In this document: piece after piece, positions 1-13,670 of the stretch
Layout of the letters: every line of letters starts with the position of its first letter
How positions within the stretch are numbered: the stretch's first letter is position 1
Assembly (NCBI GenBank): GCA_964016885.1
Contig: OZ024742.1
Location: 115,320,001 to 115,384,000 of the forward strand
Source of the DNA: Eledone cirrhosa
Taxonomy: Eukaryota
Direction: 5' to 3'
DNA length: 64,000 bases
Made by a program: the position numbers and the translations under genes
Notes under the pieces: generated by a model
What the model was told of the DNA's origin: nothing
What the model saw: only the letters and a program-made list of their open reading frames with translations
The model's database searches: none

Positions 1-647
1 GTTAGTGAAAAATATAAATCTTATTTAAAACATAAGGAATTTAGATCTATAAAAAGAAATTAAATTAATTTAATTGATAGGTATATTTATAGGGATAAAT
101 TTAATATTAATTCATATAGATATGATAAATAAGAGTTAGATGTTATTAAAGAATGTTGTTAAAAACGAAGGAAACACATTTTTTTCTTTTTGAAGGGGGA
201 TAAATGTATTAGTGAGAAATAACCAACTTATATAGATTACAAGGAATTTAGATTCATAACAGGACATTAAAATAGTTTATGTATACTTATTGGTATACAT
301 TTTAGGAAAAGATAGCTGTAAAAGGGAAATAGAATTATGCAGTTCTTCGTAGTAGAATATTAATTATAGGTTAACTAATTTAAAAAATCGTTTTAATTAT
401 AATAATTTGTAAAATATAAGTGTATATTAATGAGGTTTATAATATTTGAAAGTTTTTCTAATTCTATGATTGCACGATATAATTAATTATTGTCGCTTAT
501 TTAATAGGATATCCTTAGATTTCATTATTTCAAAAAGTTCCTGGGAACATAATCTACATTCATATCTATTATTTTGATAAGGGGTGGCCTTTTTAAGCAC
601 ACACCAGGCCAGGTTATAATCGATATTCTTTCTTCTATAATTATTAA

Positions 648-860
648 TTATTTCACTAAGGATGTTGTATTAGCTAATGCGGCATTTTTAAAACTGTGTT
701 TGTGGGTATTAAATCTTACTTCAAATTGATTAGAAGTAGCTCCTATATATGAATAAGTTGAGTCCTTAGTGTTAATTTTACATTTATATACTATGTATAT
801 ATATACGCATGTAAGCCTAATGTATGACAGGTGACTTTTAAGTATAGTACTTTTAAGGAT
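648..860 (-). pseudogene. PLE GIY-YIG endonuclease fragment (Naiad-like)
   Basis: Minus-strand ORF contains YIVYKCKIN...YSYIGATSNQFEVRFNTHKHSF, matching the GIY-YIG VY...YIG...F..R...H pattern. Confidence 0.7.
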
Positions 861-1045
861 AGTACTTTTAAGTATCAATACTTGACATTTGCTCGGGATT
901 CTTTTATCACAATAGCGCGTGAAATGTGGATGAAAATCGACAGTTAAATACGAGTTGGTGTATGACGGATGCGGTTAGTACGAAGCATTCGTTACAAGAA
1001 TGACGCCGTCCGTCACTTGGTTAACTGTTAGGTGGGCACGTACTG

Positions 1046-1137
<92 letters not shown>

Positions 1138-1140
1138 GTT

Positions 1141-1172
<32 letters not shown>

Positions 1173-1997
1173 CACAAGTATATGTGTTGGTAAATGTGTG
1201 TGCGTGTGTACAACATAGTTATTTACTTCCATTGTCTGACGATTAGCGTATTCAATATATTGATATCAGCAATGTTGTTTAAATACATATACTACTAAAT
1301 TATTGGCCTGCCATGATCTGAATATTTTACCTACTTACTCGTAGAATAAACATCGCTCTGTTGAAACATTAGTTCTCATTTTGTTATTCAGCGTCTCTCA
1401 TTCGGTATTCAAAACCAGTTAAAAGAAGTAATTTAACAGCAATTACGACTTGAACTCTAGCATGATTGTAATAGTTGGAATTTCTTTGATTTGAACGTTT
1501 TGGGGGAAATTACTTTGAAGGGTGATGTTGGAGATGATGAGGATGACTGAAAAGGAAAAAAATCTAGAACGTATTGCCGCAGAATTTAAATACTTTGATC
1601 AGAAATTGTATTGAGCAGAGAAATTGCTGATCTACGCAGCAACACTCTAACTCAGGAATTTATTGATAGTAGCCATCCTACAACGGCAAATATCTTAGAA
1701 CTTTTAATTCTATTTCCTTGATTTTACAGACGGTGGTGTTGCTTGTTATGCCTCTAGTCATGTAATATATGGGTTATGGGGAGGTCCAGAATTTACTGAG
1801 AAATATATCTGAAATGAGTTATAAATCTTAGTGTATAGAATCCACGCAAGTTATTGTATTCTAAACAGTGGAATTTCTCGGGCATATTTATATTATATAT
1901 GTCTGTCTCACGTACATTATCTCAGCTAATAATTTTAAAATTATGATGTAGTTGGTGGGATTCTAGTGCTAATCCACTTCAGAATAAGGTGCTCTTT

Positions 1998-2800
1998 TAA
2001 AAGAACACTTCAACACTAATGCTTCCTCATTTAAGAAACACCTAGTGAAATGCAAAAACACCGACAAAGACATAATAGTTAGGATAGAAGCTAAGGAAAG
2101 AAACCTCGGCAATCTTAGAATTAAGAATCACTAATTATAGACAAAACGCAACCACCAATCAATAACAGACTAGAACTCAACACCCAATTTTTAGCATGAT
2201 AGAGCACCTATCCCCACACTTACACCTCCACGTATCCTCTCACACACACGCACGCTTAACCTTCACTTATTCTCTCACACAAACTCACATACACATAGTC
2301 CAGTTTTAACATGATAGAGCACCTAACCCCCAGATTTACATATAAACATATCCTCTCACACTGACACACACACACGCGCACACACACGCACACACACGCA
2401 CACACACGCACACACACACACGCATGTTTACACCTTCACCTATTCTCCCACACACACTTAGACATACATGTCCAAATCCTTTTAAAGGGAGACAAACCTT
2501 TAGCCACCTAACCCCCACTCTTTAACTTTAGAAATAGAATGGAATTTCTATACAATTTCCTGTCAGCATGACTTGGCAAGCTAATTAGAACACTGGATTA
2601 ACCCCTTTACTTCCCTCTGAAGAAGAGATATTATCTCGAAACTTAAGGATATTCAAATAAATGTAAGATAAAAGACTAATTGTCAGCGATATATTTTGCA
2701 TTTGTATTTATATTCTATATCCATACCTACATTGTTCTGGCTTTCTAACTCCAAACGTTTATACCTCACTACACAATGCTTCAAATAAACTACAATTTCT
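1998..2800 (+). mobile_element. 5'-truncated PLE 3' end (GIY-YIG tail, CA-rich 3' region, pLTR); same family as 6613-7515
   Basis: Translates KEHFNTNASSFKKHLVKCKN..., colinear with and similar to ~6745-7515. Confidence 0.8.
2612..2649 (+). ncRNA. Minimal type-I hammerhead ribozyme motif in PLE pLTR
   Basis: cct CTGAAGA a-gagata-t-tatctc GAAA actTA agg: CUGANGA core, stem II, GAAA, very short stem III, stem I cct/agg. Confidence 0.6.
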
Positions 2801-2980
2801 TTCATTTATATATATATATTCTTTGTAATTTTATTTTCAACCTAAAAACTTTTCAGACTTTTGCAGTTATCTTCCTCACACCTCTCGCACGCAGTCTAGT
2901 ATTACCTGTGTGAAGTGACCGGGTTTCTGCGCATGCGCGTTCGTACGGTTGTCCTTCCAGTTCCTATAACAATGAACATT

Positions 2981-3020
2981 CCGAGCTGAGGATCCGCTAA
3001 GGGGAAACAATTGTTCTCGG
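2981..3020 (+). ncRNA. Minimal hammerhead ribozyme, 5' pLTR
   Basis: ccgag CTGAGGA tccgctaaggg GAAAC aatt GTT ctcgg: stem I ccgag/ctcgg and palindromic AACAATTGTT at stem III. Confidence 0.7.
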
Positions 3021-3273
3021 TATGGTGAACTAACTGTTGTGTAACCACTTCTACCTAACTCGTCACTTGGACTGAGTGCTCCACCACTAGGGATATTACC
3101 TTCCATTGTTCCACCACTATTTACGTCTCCAGCACCGGTCAGCAGATTCTCTTCACTACGTAGAAGTTTGGCTTTTAGCAGATTCTTCACCACGTGCGAG
3201 TTTGGCTTACTACTCTGGGAGCGCTCTCTATATCCTCGTGCCCTACACAATTTTGCATCTCATCAACGTCAGT

Positions 3274-5379
3274 ATGGATTTATACGAACTGGATTACTCC
3301 CTGAAGAACATTCCAACTACCTCCAACCATGTTTACCTAAAGCTCCTCCTACAAAAAGCGGAAGACGTCGTCAGACGCTTAAGATGGTGAGACCTAGCTT
3401 TCGACGGCAAAATTACAGGCACCAACAACACCTTCAACCTGAAATCGAAAGCCTACCCTCCTAAGGTAACTGAACTTGCTCCTTTCGAGACGTAGCTTCT
3501 TGACTTAGTCGCTAACATTTCCTTTCGTAAACACCCTAACACCTTTCAAACGAAACTCAGAAACGATATTAAGAAATTTAGGTCTTCTAATAACACTTTC
3601 GTCATTTCCGACAAAACTAATAATATTTGCGAAGTCGACATCACCACTTTCCGCCACCTGGCCATAACGCTATTGCATCTAATTATGAGAAAGCTAACCT
3701 TATGGCCTACCACGACATTAATACAGAAGCCAAGGAACTTGCCGCCGACCTTAAGGTAGATAAGAAGCTAGATTCTCTAGCTAAACGGGAGGCGATCCTC
3801 ACCCTGAAAGATCACAAGGTAGACTTTACTTCTGGCCCCACATGTAGACTAATAAACCCGGGACGCACAGATATCAGACTATCCAGTAAGACCATACTTA
3901 GAAACATAGTTAAGACCATTAGGACCAAGTTTAACCTTCCCCAGTGGGAGAACAGCGACTCTGTAATTAAGTGATTTAACTCCTTAAAATCCAAAAAAGC
4001 GAAGTTCACACAGTTTGAAATTTTCGATTGTTACCCGTCAATCTCAGAGAACCTGTTAAACGAAGCGTTGACTTCGCTACCACTTATACCACCGTCGATG
4101 GTTTAGACAGAGAAATCATCGCTCACTGCCGGAAAACCCTCCTCTTCAACGACGGAGTAGCCTGGGCAAAGAAGTCTACATCTTCAGACCTGGTCGACGT
4201 CTCGATGGGATCGTTTGACAGTGCTGACGTATGTGACTTGGTTGGCCTTTTTATCTTAGACATATTACGTGTTAGATTCTCGGACTTCCACGCGGGAGTA
4301 TACCGTGCCGATGGACTGATTTTATCGAGCCATAAAAGTGGTCACGACCTCGACCGGTTTACAAAAGTCTTAGCTTCTACCTTCAATGATTTAGGACTTA
4401 GGATAACAGTAGCCACCAACCGCTCTAGCGTAGATTTCTTAGACATTAATTTAGACCTTCGCGCACACACCCACAGACCCTTCCATAAGCTAAACGAGAA
4501 ACTTAATTACATTCACATGGACTGATGCCACCCTCCCACTGTTGTTAGAAACTTCGTCAAGAATATCAGTACTAGAATCTCAAATCTCTCCTCTAGTAAG
4601 GCTATCTTTGACAGGGCGGCACCCTACTATAACAGGGCGTTGGCTAACAGCGGCTTCTACCAACCTATCACTTACTCTCCCAATAGCAACAACACCATTA
4701 AGAAAAGTAAGCGCAAAAATAGACAATTATCTGGTTCTCTCCTCCCTTCTCACTCAACGTTAAAACCAATGTAGGAAAACAATTTCTAGCTCTCTTGGTT
4801 AGACACTTCCCCATAGGTCATACATACCGCTCCATCTTTAACCAACACAAAGTTAAACTAGCATACTACTGCGCTAAGAACATGAAGGCCCATATCACCA
4901 GCAGCCCCAGTAGCAACACCCCACCAGCGTGCTCTTGCCGTAAGCCTGAAGCCTGCCCCCTTCAACAGCAATGCAACACACCAGCTGTAATCTATGAAGC
5001 TGTAATCACTTCCAACCGACCAAAAGAACTACTGGAGATCAAATCCTACGTGGGCATGGCGGAGGGCCGATTCAAGCAACGTTTCCTGAACCACCAGTGT
5101 ACCTTCAGATATCCGGACAGACGTTCATCTACGAAACTCCCGAGTCACGTATGGTCCCTCAAGGACTCAAGTATAGACTACTCCATTCAATGGAAAGACA
5201 TCACTAAGTCCAAGCCATACGCAAGGGGAAATCCGACGTGTGGCTTATGCATTGACGAACGAATAACTATTCTAAACAGATTACGTAATAGTGATTGCCT
5301 AAACACGAGAAGTGAATTGTTCACACGTTTTCTACGCGTCGCCAAACACGTATTGCATAACTACAAGGCTCTGGACTGA
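3274..5379 (+). pseudogene. PLE reverse transcriptase / GIY-YIG endonuclease ORF (disrupted)
   Basis: Pieces lie in ORFs 3106-3390, 3627-3974, 4028-4525 and 4795-5379; RT and GIY-YIG motifs as above. Confidence 0.88.
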
Positions 5380-5540
5380 GTCTTTGTTATTTATTTTTTT
5401 CAACCTAAAAACTTTTCGGACTTTCGCAGTTATCTCCCTCACACCTCTCGCACGCAGTCTAGTATTGCCTATGTGAAGTGACCAGGTTTCTGCGCATGCG
5501 CGTTCGTACGGTTGTCCTTTCGGTTCCTATAACCATGCCC

Positions 5541-5586
5541 ATTCAGAGCTGAGGATCTGCTAAGGTGAAACAATTGTTCTCGGAAT
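5541..5586 (+). ncRNA. Minimal hammerhead ribozyme, 3' pLTR
   Basis: attcagag CTGAGGA tctgctaaggt GAAAC aatt GTT ctcggaat; second copy of 2981-3020. Confidence 0.65.
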
Positions 5587-5677
5587 GGTGAACTAACTGT
5601 TGTGTAACCACTTCTACCTAACTCGTCCCTTGGACTGAATGCTCTACCACTACGGATATCACCTTCCAGTGTTGCAC

Positions 5678-5747
<70 letters not shown>

Positions 5748-5755
<8 letters not shown>

Positions 5756-7474
5756 GTTAGAATATGTGTAATAAGGCCAAGACAATGCAGATATGGACAT
5801 AGAAAAAGAATGCAATAGTGAGAGATATTGATGAGAATTCGTCTTTCGCCTTGAATTTATTTAAATGTCCTTAATTTTCGAGATAATATCTCTTCTTCGG
5901 AGGGAAGTAAAAGTCTCAGACCAGCGTCTAAATTTCCAATGAAGCCATGCTGACCGGAAATAGTATAGAGTTCTAACTTTAATATCAAAGAATTAAAATT
6001 AGGTGGGTAAAGAGTAGTCTCCCTTTAAGAGGGGTTTGTTTATGTTTTTGTTGTGTTTTGTAAATTTTATATGCGTGCCTGTATATGTGTGTGGGAGAAA
6101 GCATGAAGGTGTAGGTATGTGTGTGTGTGAGTGTGGGAAGATAGGTCTAATCGTAAAAGTGGGGGGGTAGGTGTTATCTGGTGTTAGAACTGGTTTTGTG
6201 TGTGTATGTGTGAGAGAGAATAAGTGGAGGTGTGTGCGTGCGTGTGTGTGGGGTGTGTAAAGTGGGGCTAGAGGCCCTATCAGGTTATAAATTGGGTGTT
6301 GAGCTCTAGTCTATTATTGATTGGTGGATGTGTTCTATCTATAATGAGTGCTTCCTTGATTCTAAGATTACCGAGGTTTCTTTCTTTAGTTTCTATCCTA
6401 ACTGTTATGTTTTTATCAGTGTTTTTGCATTTAACTAGGTGTTTCTTAAATGAGGAAGCGTTAGTATTGAGGTGTTCTTTTATTCTTATGTGGAGTGATC
6501 TGGTGGTGCTACCTACGTAGAAGTTGTTGCATTTGTCACACTCTAGTCTGTAAACTACGTAAGCCTGGTGGCATAGGTCTGTGTCGTTGATGGGGCAGTT
6601 GGCTGGTCTGCAGCAGACTAGCCAACTGCCCCATCAACGACACAGACCTATGCCACCAGGCTTACGTAGTTTACAGACTAGAGTGTGACAAATGCAACAA
6701 CTTCTACGTAGGTAGCACCACCAGACCACTCCACATAAGAATAAAAGAACACCTCAATACTAACGCTTCCTCATTTAAGAAACACCTAGTTAAATGCAAA
6801 AACACTGATAAAAACATAACAGTTAGGATAGAAACTAAAGAAAGAAACCTCGGTAATCTTAGAATCAAGGAAGCACTCATTATAGATAGAACACATCCAC
6901 CAATCAATAATAGACTAGAGCTCAACACCCAATTTATAACCTGATAGGGCCTCTAGCCCCACTTTACACACCCCACACACACGCACGCACACACCTCCAC
7001 TTATTCTCTCTCACACATACACACACAAAACCAGTTCTAACACCAGATAACACCTACCCCCCACTTTTACGATTAGACCTATCTTCCCACACTCACACAC
7101 ACACATACCTACACCTTCATGCTTTCTCCCACACACATATACAGGCACGCATATAACATTTACAAAACACAACAAAAACATAAACAAACCCCTCTTAAAG
7201 GGAGACTACTCTTTACCCACCTAATTTTAATTCTTTGATATTAAAGTTAGAACTCTATACTATTTCCGGTCAGCATGGCTTCATTGGAAATTTAGACGCT
7301 GGTCTGAGACTTTTACTTCCCTCCGAAGAAGAGATATTATCTCGAAAATTAAGGACATTTAAATAAATTCAAGGTGAAAGACGAATTCTCATCAATATCT
7401 CTCACTATTGCATTCTTTTTCTATGTCCATATCTGCATTGTCTTGGCCTTATTACACATATTCTAACGTTTATA
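5748..7474. repeat. ~1.7 kb near-perfect palindrome: two head-to-head PLE 3' ends
   Basis: 5748-6611 is the reverse complement of 6613-7474 with only a few mismatches; centre ggctggtctgc-a-gcagactagcc. The ORF track shows near-identical 74-aa ORFs on opposite strands (6296-6520 +, 6704-6928 -). Confidence 0.97.
6609..6944 (+). pseudogene. PLE GIY-YIG domain (5'-truncated, stop-free; mirrored on the minus strand in the left arm)
   Basis: Hand translation: CSRLANCPINDTDLCHQAYVVYRLECDKCNNFYVGSTTRPLHIRIKEHLN...LRIKEALIIDRTHPPINNRLE..*. Confidence 0.85.
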
Positions 7475-7512
7475 CCTCATTACACAATGCTTCAAGTGAA
7501 CTATAACCTCCT

Positions 7513-7649
<137 letters not shown>

Positions 7650-7699
7650 AATATATAGAAATAATATATATATATATATATATATATAGTCATAGAAAT

Positions 7700-8655
7700 A
7701 AATCTACTGTGGAATATAAACACATTCAAATATTTCTACCTCCCAGCCCACATGGAATCCCAACAAAATCTTCCCACATTAACAACTACAACAGGTATCA
7801 CTCGAACATAAAAAAGCCCCATAACATAAAAAAAACTATGTATCCAAGAAATAATCCACCCAGACAACATGAACCCCATAAGAGAACTCTTTCAAAATAA
7901 CAACTACAATATATACCCCCTCCATCACCACATTAACTCTCAGAAAAAAAATACAGATCAATACAAAACAGACCAGCAGACTACAATTACACCCATCCAA
8001 AATTATAATTTTAGAAAAAATGCTAAAATACCAGGAGACCCCATACCAGGAGACCGCTTTCAAAGATATCACTAATATCCACATAGATTAACATATTAAG
8101 TAAGGGACTGAAATTCACACCATACCACAAAATCTAACTTCCCCGAAATGAATAATTACGTAGACTAACCCTGACGACGAATCAATAGTTAGAAATAAAA
8201 GTGATTTCTGCCCACAGAATGGAAGGAACAAAACAATGGACACCTACTGCGAACGGAACATCATCTTTCCCTATGAAAAAATTACAAATAAAACCTCGAA
8301 ATCGAACTTTTTAAACACGAATGGAAATAATTATTCACACTTCGAGCTAAATCTGAAATAACCAGCAAAGAAGCCGATAAAGAGTACTCAAGTCATCATC
8401 AATATTGACTACAATAGGAGCCTGGCAATTAAATCTTATACGACAACAAATACCTCCAAAAAAGTGAAAACTACAAACAAACTGAAGACCCTTTATAGTA
8501 GGCCTTGTGTGTGAAACCCACAGGCTTAGCAACTTTCTGAACATACTACTAAAGCCCTTTTTAAAACATATACAGATTTACATACGGGTTGACATTGATA
8601 AGCTGAACGACCTACATAAAACAGTAAGTGAAGACACAACTGTTGTCTCCTTTGA
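7700..8655 (+). mobile_element. Decayed PLE N-terminal/RT fragment
   Basis: Remnant motifs LSKGLKFTP, ITSKEADKS (IIK.ADKGS-like), RPFIVG, LSNFLNILLKPFLKHI..YIR, VSFDV. Confidence 0.65.
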
Positions 8656-8684
8656 CGTATATATACATATATATATACATATGT

Positions 8685-9885
8685 ACTAGACACTTAACTC
8701 TGGCTGGAAGCTATAAGTAATAGAACGCAAATGCTCCATCCGCATTTGCCAATCCCATGACCTCCAAATACCTGATCCAAATACCTGATCCACCGAAACT
8801 CAGCTGTTTCGGACCACACAAAAATCAACATACTGATTACGGACTTAGTAAGAGCGATGAGAAACGTGTCCCGCAGGAGCAACCCCAATGAATTCTAAAC
8901 ACATACAACACTTCATCCAGAACACATGCAGTTCTCTGGCTACAATCAGAGAAACAAGATCAGGGTATACAACAGATTGTAGAATATTATGCAAATAAGA
9001 CTTGCCGCATATATAGGAACACATTTTAGAACAGAATAGAAAGCATTAGGAATAAGTCAAATAATATAATCTCATGGTATGATAGCAATAAATACCAGAG
9101 TGTAATGTTCGTCAATACAACCGCTAGAGGGGAACTATCTTACAGATTTAGAAGGGCCCAAAGCAAGCACCAATTAAATATTAAGATAGTTGAAAGACCA
9201 TGTATCCCCATACAATTCCTAATTAGCAAATCATTTTGAAATGGGTATGATTTGCTAATTAGGAATTTTGCTGATAGGAAATGCATAGTCTGGAAGCTAA
9301 GCCCGAAAATTAACTTCAACACTAGGAACGCAGCATAAAGCATAAGATGTACTGAGGGACAATGTAGGAATAAGAATATAACATGCATAGCTGAAACAGC
9401 GCGTGGCATAGGAGAAATTATAAGTGAACACTTGGAAGAACTTCAGAATGGGAAAAACTCATCAGTAGTCCACCAACATATCAAAATAGAACATAGGGGC
9501 ACGTTGGAGGACATAGAGTTAAAGATGATATCCTCACACTGAAAAGACAAAATGCTCGGGTAAATAACAGAGGCAACAACTATAAACGAACTCCAACCTA
9601 AATAAAACAGAACGAATGAGTGGAATAGCAACATCACAACAAGTAATTAAGGACACAATTAAGACATATACACACACACCCGGATATACGCAACATAAGT
9701 GCACAACACAAAACAGACAAAAGAAAGATGGTGTAGGACAGAACAAAGGAGATACACATAAAATAAAACCCTAGTCACTGAGGAGGTTACAGAATGTGTG
9801 ATGACAGAGCTTTGGTAATAATTAAACAACCTTCCAATTATCTGAACAACCAACCAACCGGAAATTTATAATAAATTGCAGTGAA
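8685..9885 (+). mobile_element. Decayed PLE 3' half (RT thumb + GIY-YIG); same family as 40118-41880
   Basis: Colinear with the minus-strand ORF 40662-41828 (DLVRAMRNVS, MQFSGY, SVMFV, IAETARGIGE, INELQPK..RTNEW). Confidence 0.8.
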
Positions 9886-9909
9886 AACACACACAGACAC
9901 ACACACACA

Positions 9910-9957
<48 letters not shown>

Positions 9958-11134
9958 CATTCCCATACAAGCATCCAACATCCTGCTGATAGACACTAAT
10001 CTCCATATACCAAATTTCAGCACTTGTGTGAACGTCTTTATTTTAAGATTTGCATAATGAACATATCTACATACCTGGTCGACGATTTGGAATGTTTAGA
10101 TTGAGTGGTGGATCAAAACAACGAAGGAAAATATATGCTTTGAAAATAAATATAAATTGTTTTTATTATTTTGATGGCCTACACCGAGAGTTTTTACTAG
10201 TGAAACCATCATTGCGATTGAAGTTGAATGTTTCGTGGTAAACTACCAATCTATCGAACCTGTTAAAATCTGGAGTATTCTATTACACAATCGGGACCTC
10301 CCCGGTACATTAGGCTTTTCCACCATTCCCCATTTTCTTTAGAGTGCTAGAACTATCTCATTTAATTTCAAAATATATTAATTGTTAAATTTCATGTTGC
10401 GTGAAAGACCCAGTATGCGAATATAAGGTTGTTTAAATTTATCTCCTGCCAAATCAACATCTCTTTTCCTGTCTAATGATTTCCCAGGTGTAACTTCTGC
10501 ATCTATTTCAGTCGATTTATGATAAAAGTTTGTTGCGTTTTTCATTCCTTCTTTTTCCTACTTAGAGAGTTTAAGATTTATAGTTGTGAACCTATAATTG
10601 TGATAGATACAAAGTAATGGATCTTTTCCTGTGGTTTAGTGTGAAACTATATGTATATTGTTACTTGTTGAATATGAGAAGGCCATGGCTTCAATCTATT
10701 TAGATGCATATTTGAAAGAAATCTTCCATTTTGTGTAATTAGTATCACTCATGGTATGTAAGTTCACGTGAAGTAGAAATATATAGATTAATAGGAATTA
10801 GAAAATTCGTGTGATACGTTGATAGTATTTTAAAATGATTTTACAGTTATTGTCGTAGCACTGTGTCTGATAAAGTATTAATTGACAAATTATTGGATCA
10901 TACATCATTTAAAAATCGTATAAAAGAAATTTAAATAATCATACTACAAGTACTGTCCGTATTTTGCGAAGAGCAATGACAATGTAATGTTGGGAAGGCG
11001 AGGTGGGTAGATCAATTTATAATTGGACCATCATTTTACTTCATCCATTATAGTTTGTATTCCATTCTGACTTCAAATATTCATACTTTTGTAAAAGGAA
11101 TGTATAAACAGTAACTATTCTAATTGGTTTTACT

Positions 11135-11179
<45 letters not shown>

Positions 11180-11789
11180 GCACTACCATTGTTACCATCG
11201 CTTTCCTCTAGCCATGGGGCTTGGATACATGAACCGAATGATACCATTCTATTTTCTATCAATGTGAACTGCTATTTCTAATAGCTATCTTTTCACCCCT
11301 TGATAATTTGTGTGTGAGACACGTTGGCTGAGCGCTTCTGAAAGGAGCTAATAGATTGATTCTTTTTAGCTTCCCGTCCCTACGTAAAATTTGTAAATCA
11401 GTGGCTAGTTGAGAGATAGAGTCCTATCGGTTGACAGTTAATCGCTTTACCCCTGTCGGTTGTCACAAACAGTTATGACCGGCATGGGCCGGTGTTTGGA
11501 TTATGTCGATCAATTCGTTATTGATTAGGTGATACCCGCTGATGAAGCCGCATAAGCCGATTGTGCATTGTTGCATAATATAATCAGACAGATAGTGCAG
11601 TGCACATTACTGCTGCATTAGTGCTGCAGAAACCCGAGTCCGGGAACCTTATAGGCACCCGTTTTACGTGTGTTGTGTTGAGGCAAATAACTATGTGTAT
11701 ACTCTGGTAATATATCTTACATTGCCCATTGAGTGCGTGGAGATACAACCGGTACTGGCATTGATAAATATACTGGGTCCGTCAACCCT

Positions 11790-11821
<32 letters not shown>

Positions 11822-11827
<6 letters not shown>

Positions 11828-11962
11828 TTAATATAGATGAGATTCTACAGGACTAGAACTGTTTCATTCATTAGAAATCATCAGGAATCTCTGAGATTCC
11901 TGATGATTTCTAATGAATGAAACAGTTCTAGTCCTGTAGAATCTCATCTATATTAAAACTAT
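11822..11962. repeat. 141-bp perfect palindrome containing a hammerhead motif on each strand
   Basis: Arms 11822-11891 and 11893-11962; gagattc CTGATGA tttctaatgaat GAAAC agttcta GTC ctgta gaatctc. Confidence 0.9.
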
Positions 11963-12026
11963 TATACTCTGCTATGTATTGAGTACCTTACTTACTGTGG
12001 TTACCTCCGATTCAACCCGGAATAAC

Positions 12027-12067
<41 letters not shown>

Positions 12068-13467
12068 GATTTTATATATAGACGATTTCTAGCTATGAAT
12101 ATTCCATGGCTTGTTGCGTCAGATTGTATGTATAGCATGCATTGTTACTTGCTTTCTCAAACTCGCAACAAAATATCATCTGTTATATATGACACTAAGA
12201 AAAGAATGCGTCATAATAATCCATCGCCCATCACATGCCACTTAGTGAGACGGCGGGGATCTATATGAATCTACAGATATCCAAGAAAACAATGAGAATT
12301 GTAATGAAGCATTGTATATTTAATAATATACTGTATATTTATTAAAACACATTTTGAGGGACTTTCGCTATTAACGATAATGAAAACAATAATAATAATT
12401 CCAATGCTAATTCCTACGAAAGAATTATATTGGGAGATATGTTTATTTTAGAATTGACCATGTCGGTATTAGCAAGGTCACTGTATATCAGCACTGACTT
12501 AACGCACATAAATATATTGAACCCATACAATCTACTTTCCTCCCTTCAATTGAATACAAGAAATTGAGATTAAATGGGATTTAAAATATATTAATCCGTG
12601 ATTTCCTAAGACTTCTCTGATCTATTTTTAGATATCATGATTTATTAAACTTTCAAATTCCTGTCATTTATCTCATTGGAATTCTTGAATTTTACGTACA
12701 TTTCATTGTAATTTCCTTTTTGAAAAAAAAAAAAAAGAAAGAAAAGAAAACATCTAGGCTCTATATAATAAGTGCACATCCAAACAACTACCATCTGTGG
12801 TTTCTTTTTTAATATCATCAATTTCAGTAGATCATAATTTAATTTCATGCTCTTTACATTTATTGCCGTAAATATGTGTTGTATGAAAATTATGTATGAC
12901 ACTTTGCTGAAGAAATATTGTTACATATTATCATATTGAAATAAATCTTCTGCCATCTGCCATTCGTTTAAGACGTAAAGACAAGATTTTAGCTTTACAA
13001 ATAATTAATGTTTCAAATATTTGACTAGAAATTCCATTATTTGTTTACTAAATACATACTTGTAAAGGTATGCGTATTTTATCTATTGTTTACCTGATTT
13101 TTAGTAATTTTTCTCATATTAATATGCTCTTGAACTCAGGGACACCTCAAATGCATGAATTTATTGGCGCGTAGGATAACATGATTTATGATATTCCACG
13201 CTGATCTGTAATCTTCCACGATGAAAAACTGGGATCGAATCATCATGCTTCTATATACCTTATTCCATCTGTTTGTCACTTTCTCTCTGAAAGTAATTGA
13301 TTATCAAACATGGAGAATAATGTGCACTGCCAATGTTTGATGATGATATGAGATGAATTGCTGAATCCCGGAAGAAAGGAGAAAAAAGACTTACTAATAT
13401 TTTATATTATTTATGATAATTATTTGAGGAATGTTTATAATATCTGAATATTTTGACTAACATAGAT

Positions 13468-13670
<203 letters not shown>

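Larger units (their letters stand above)
2820..5683 (+). mobile_element. Near full-length Penelope-like element (Naiad-like) with ~300 bp direct pseudo-LTRs, decayed
   Basis: Direct repeats 2820-3120 and 5381-5683. The ORF from ATG 3274 reads MDLYELDYSLKNIP..RRLRW, then TLKDHK..CRLINP, DVSMGSFDSADVCDLVG, YRADGL, VDFLDI, and GIY-YIG (AVIYEA..SYVGM..FKQRF.NH). It carries stops and frameshifts and is flanked by TA runs. Confidence 0.92.

Noticed and set aside
1400-1990. Possible very old minus-strand PLE RT remnant
   Set aside because: Only vague motif resemblance; cannot be supported without a search
3388-4525. In-frame TGA codons in the Naiad-like ORF as possible selenocysteine (some Naiads are reported to be selenoproteins)
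   Set aside because: The TGAs fall at positions expected to be Arg/Lys, Trp or Ser (RRLRW*, VIK*FN, HMD*CHP) rather than Cys, and the ORF also has frameshifts. This is ordinary decay
6296-6928. Two near-identical hydrophobic 74-aa ORFs resembling a duplicated membrane peptide
   Set aside because: They are the antisense frame of the GIY-YIG sequence in each palindrome arm
10380-10570. Open minus-strand frame (..FYHKSTEIDAEVTPGKSLDRKRD..) as a possible exon
   Set aside because: Bounded by stops, no clear splice sites and no recognisable homology
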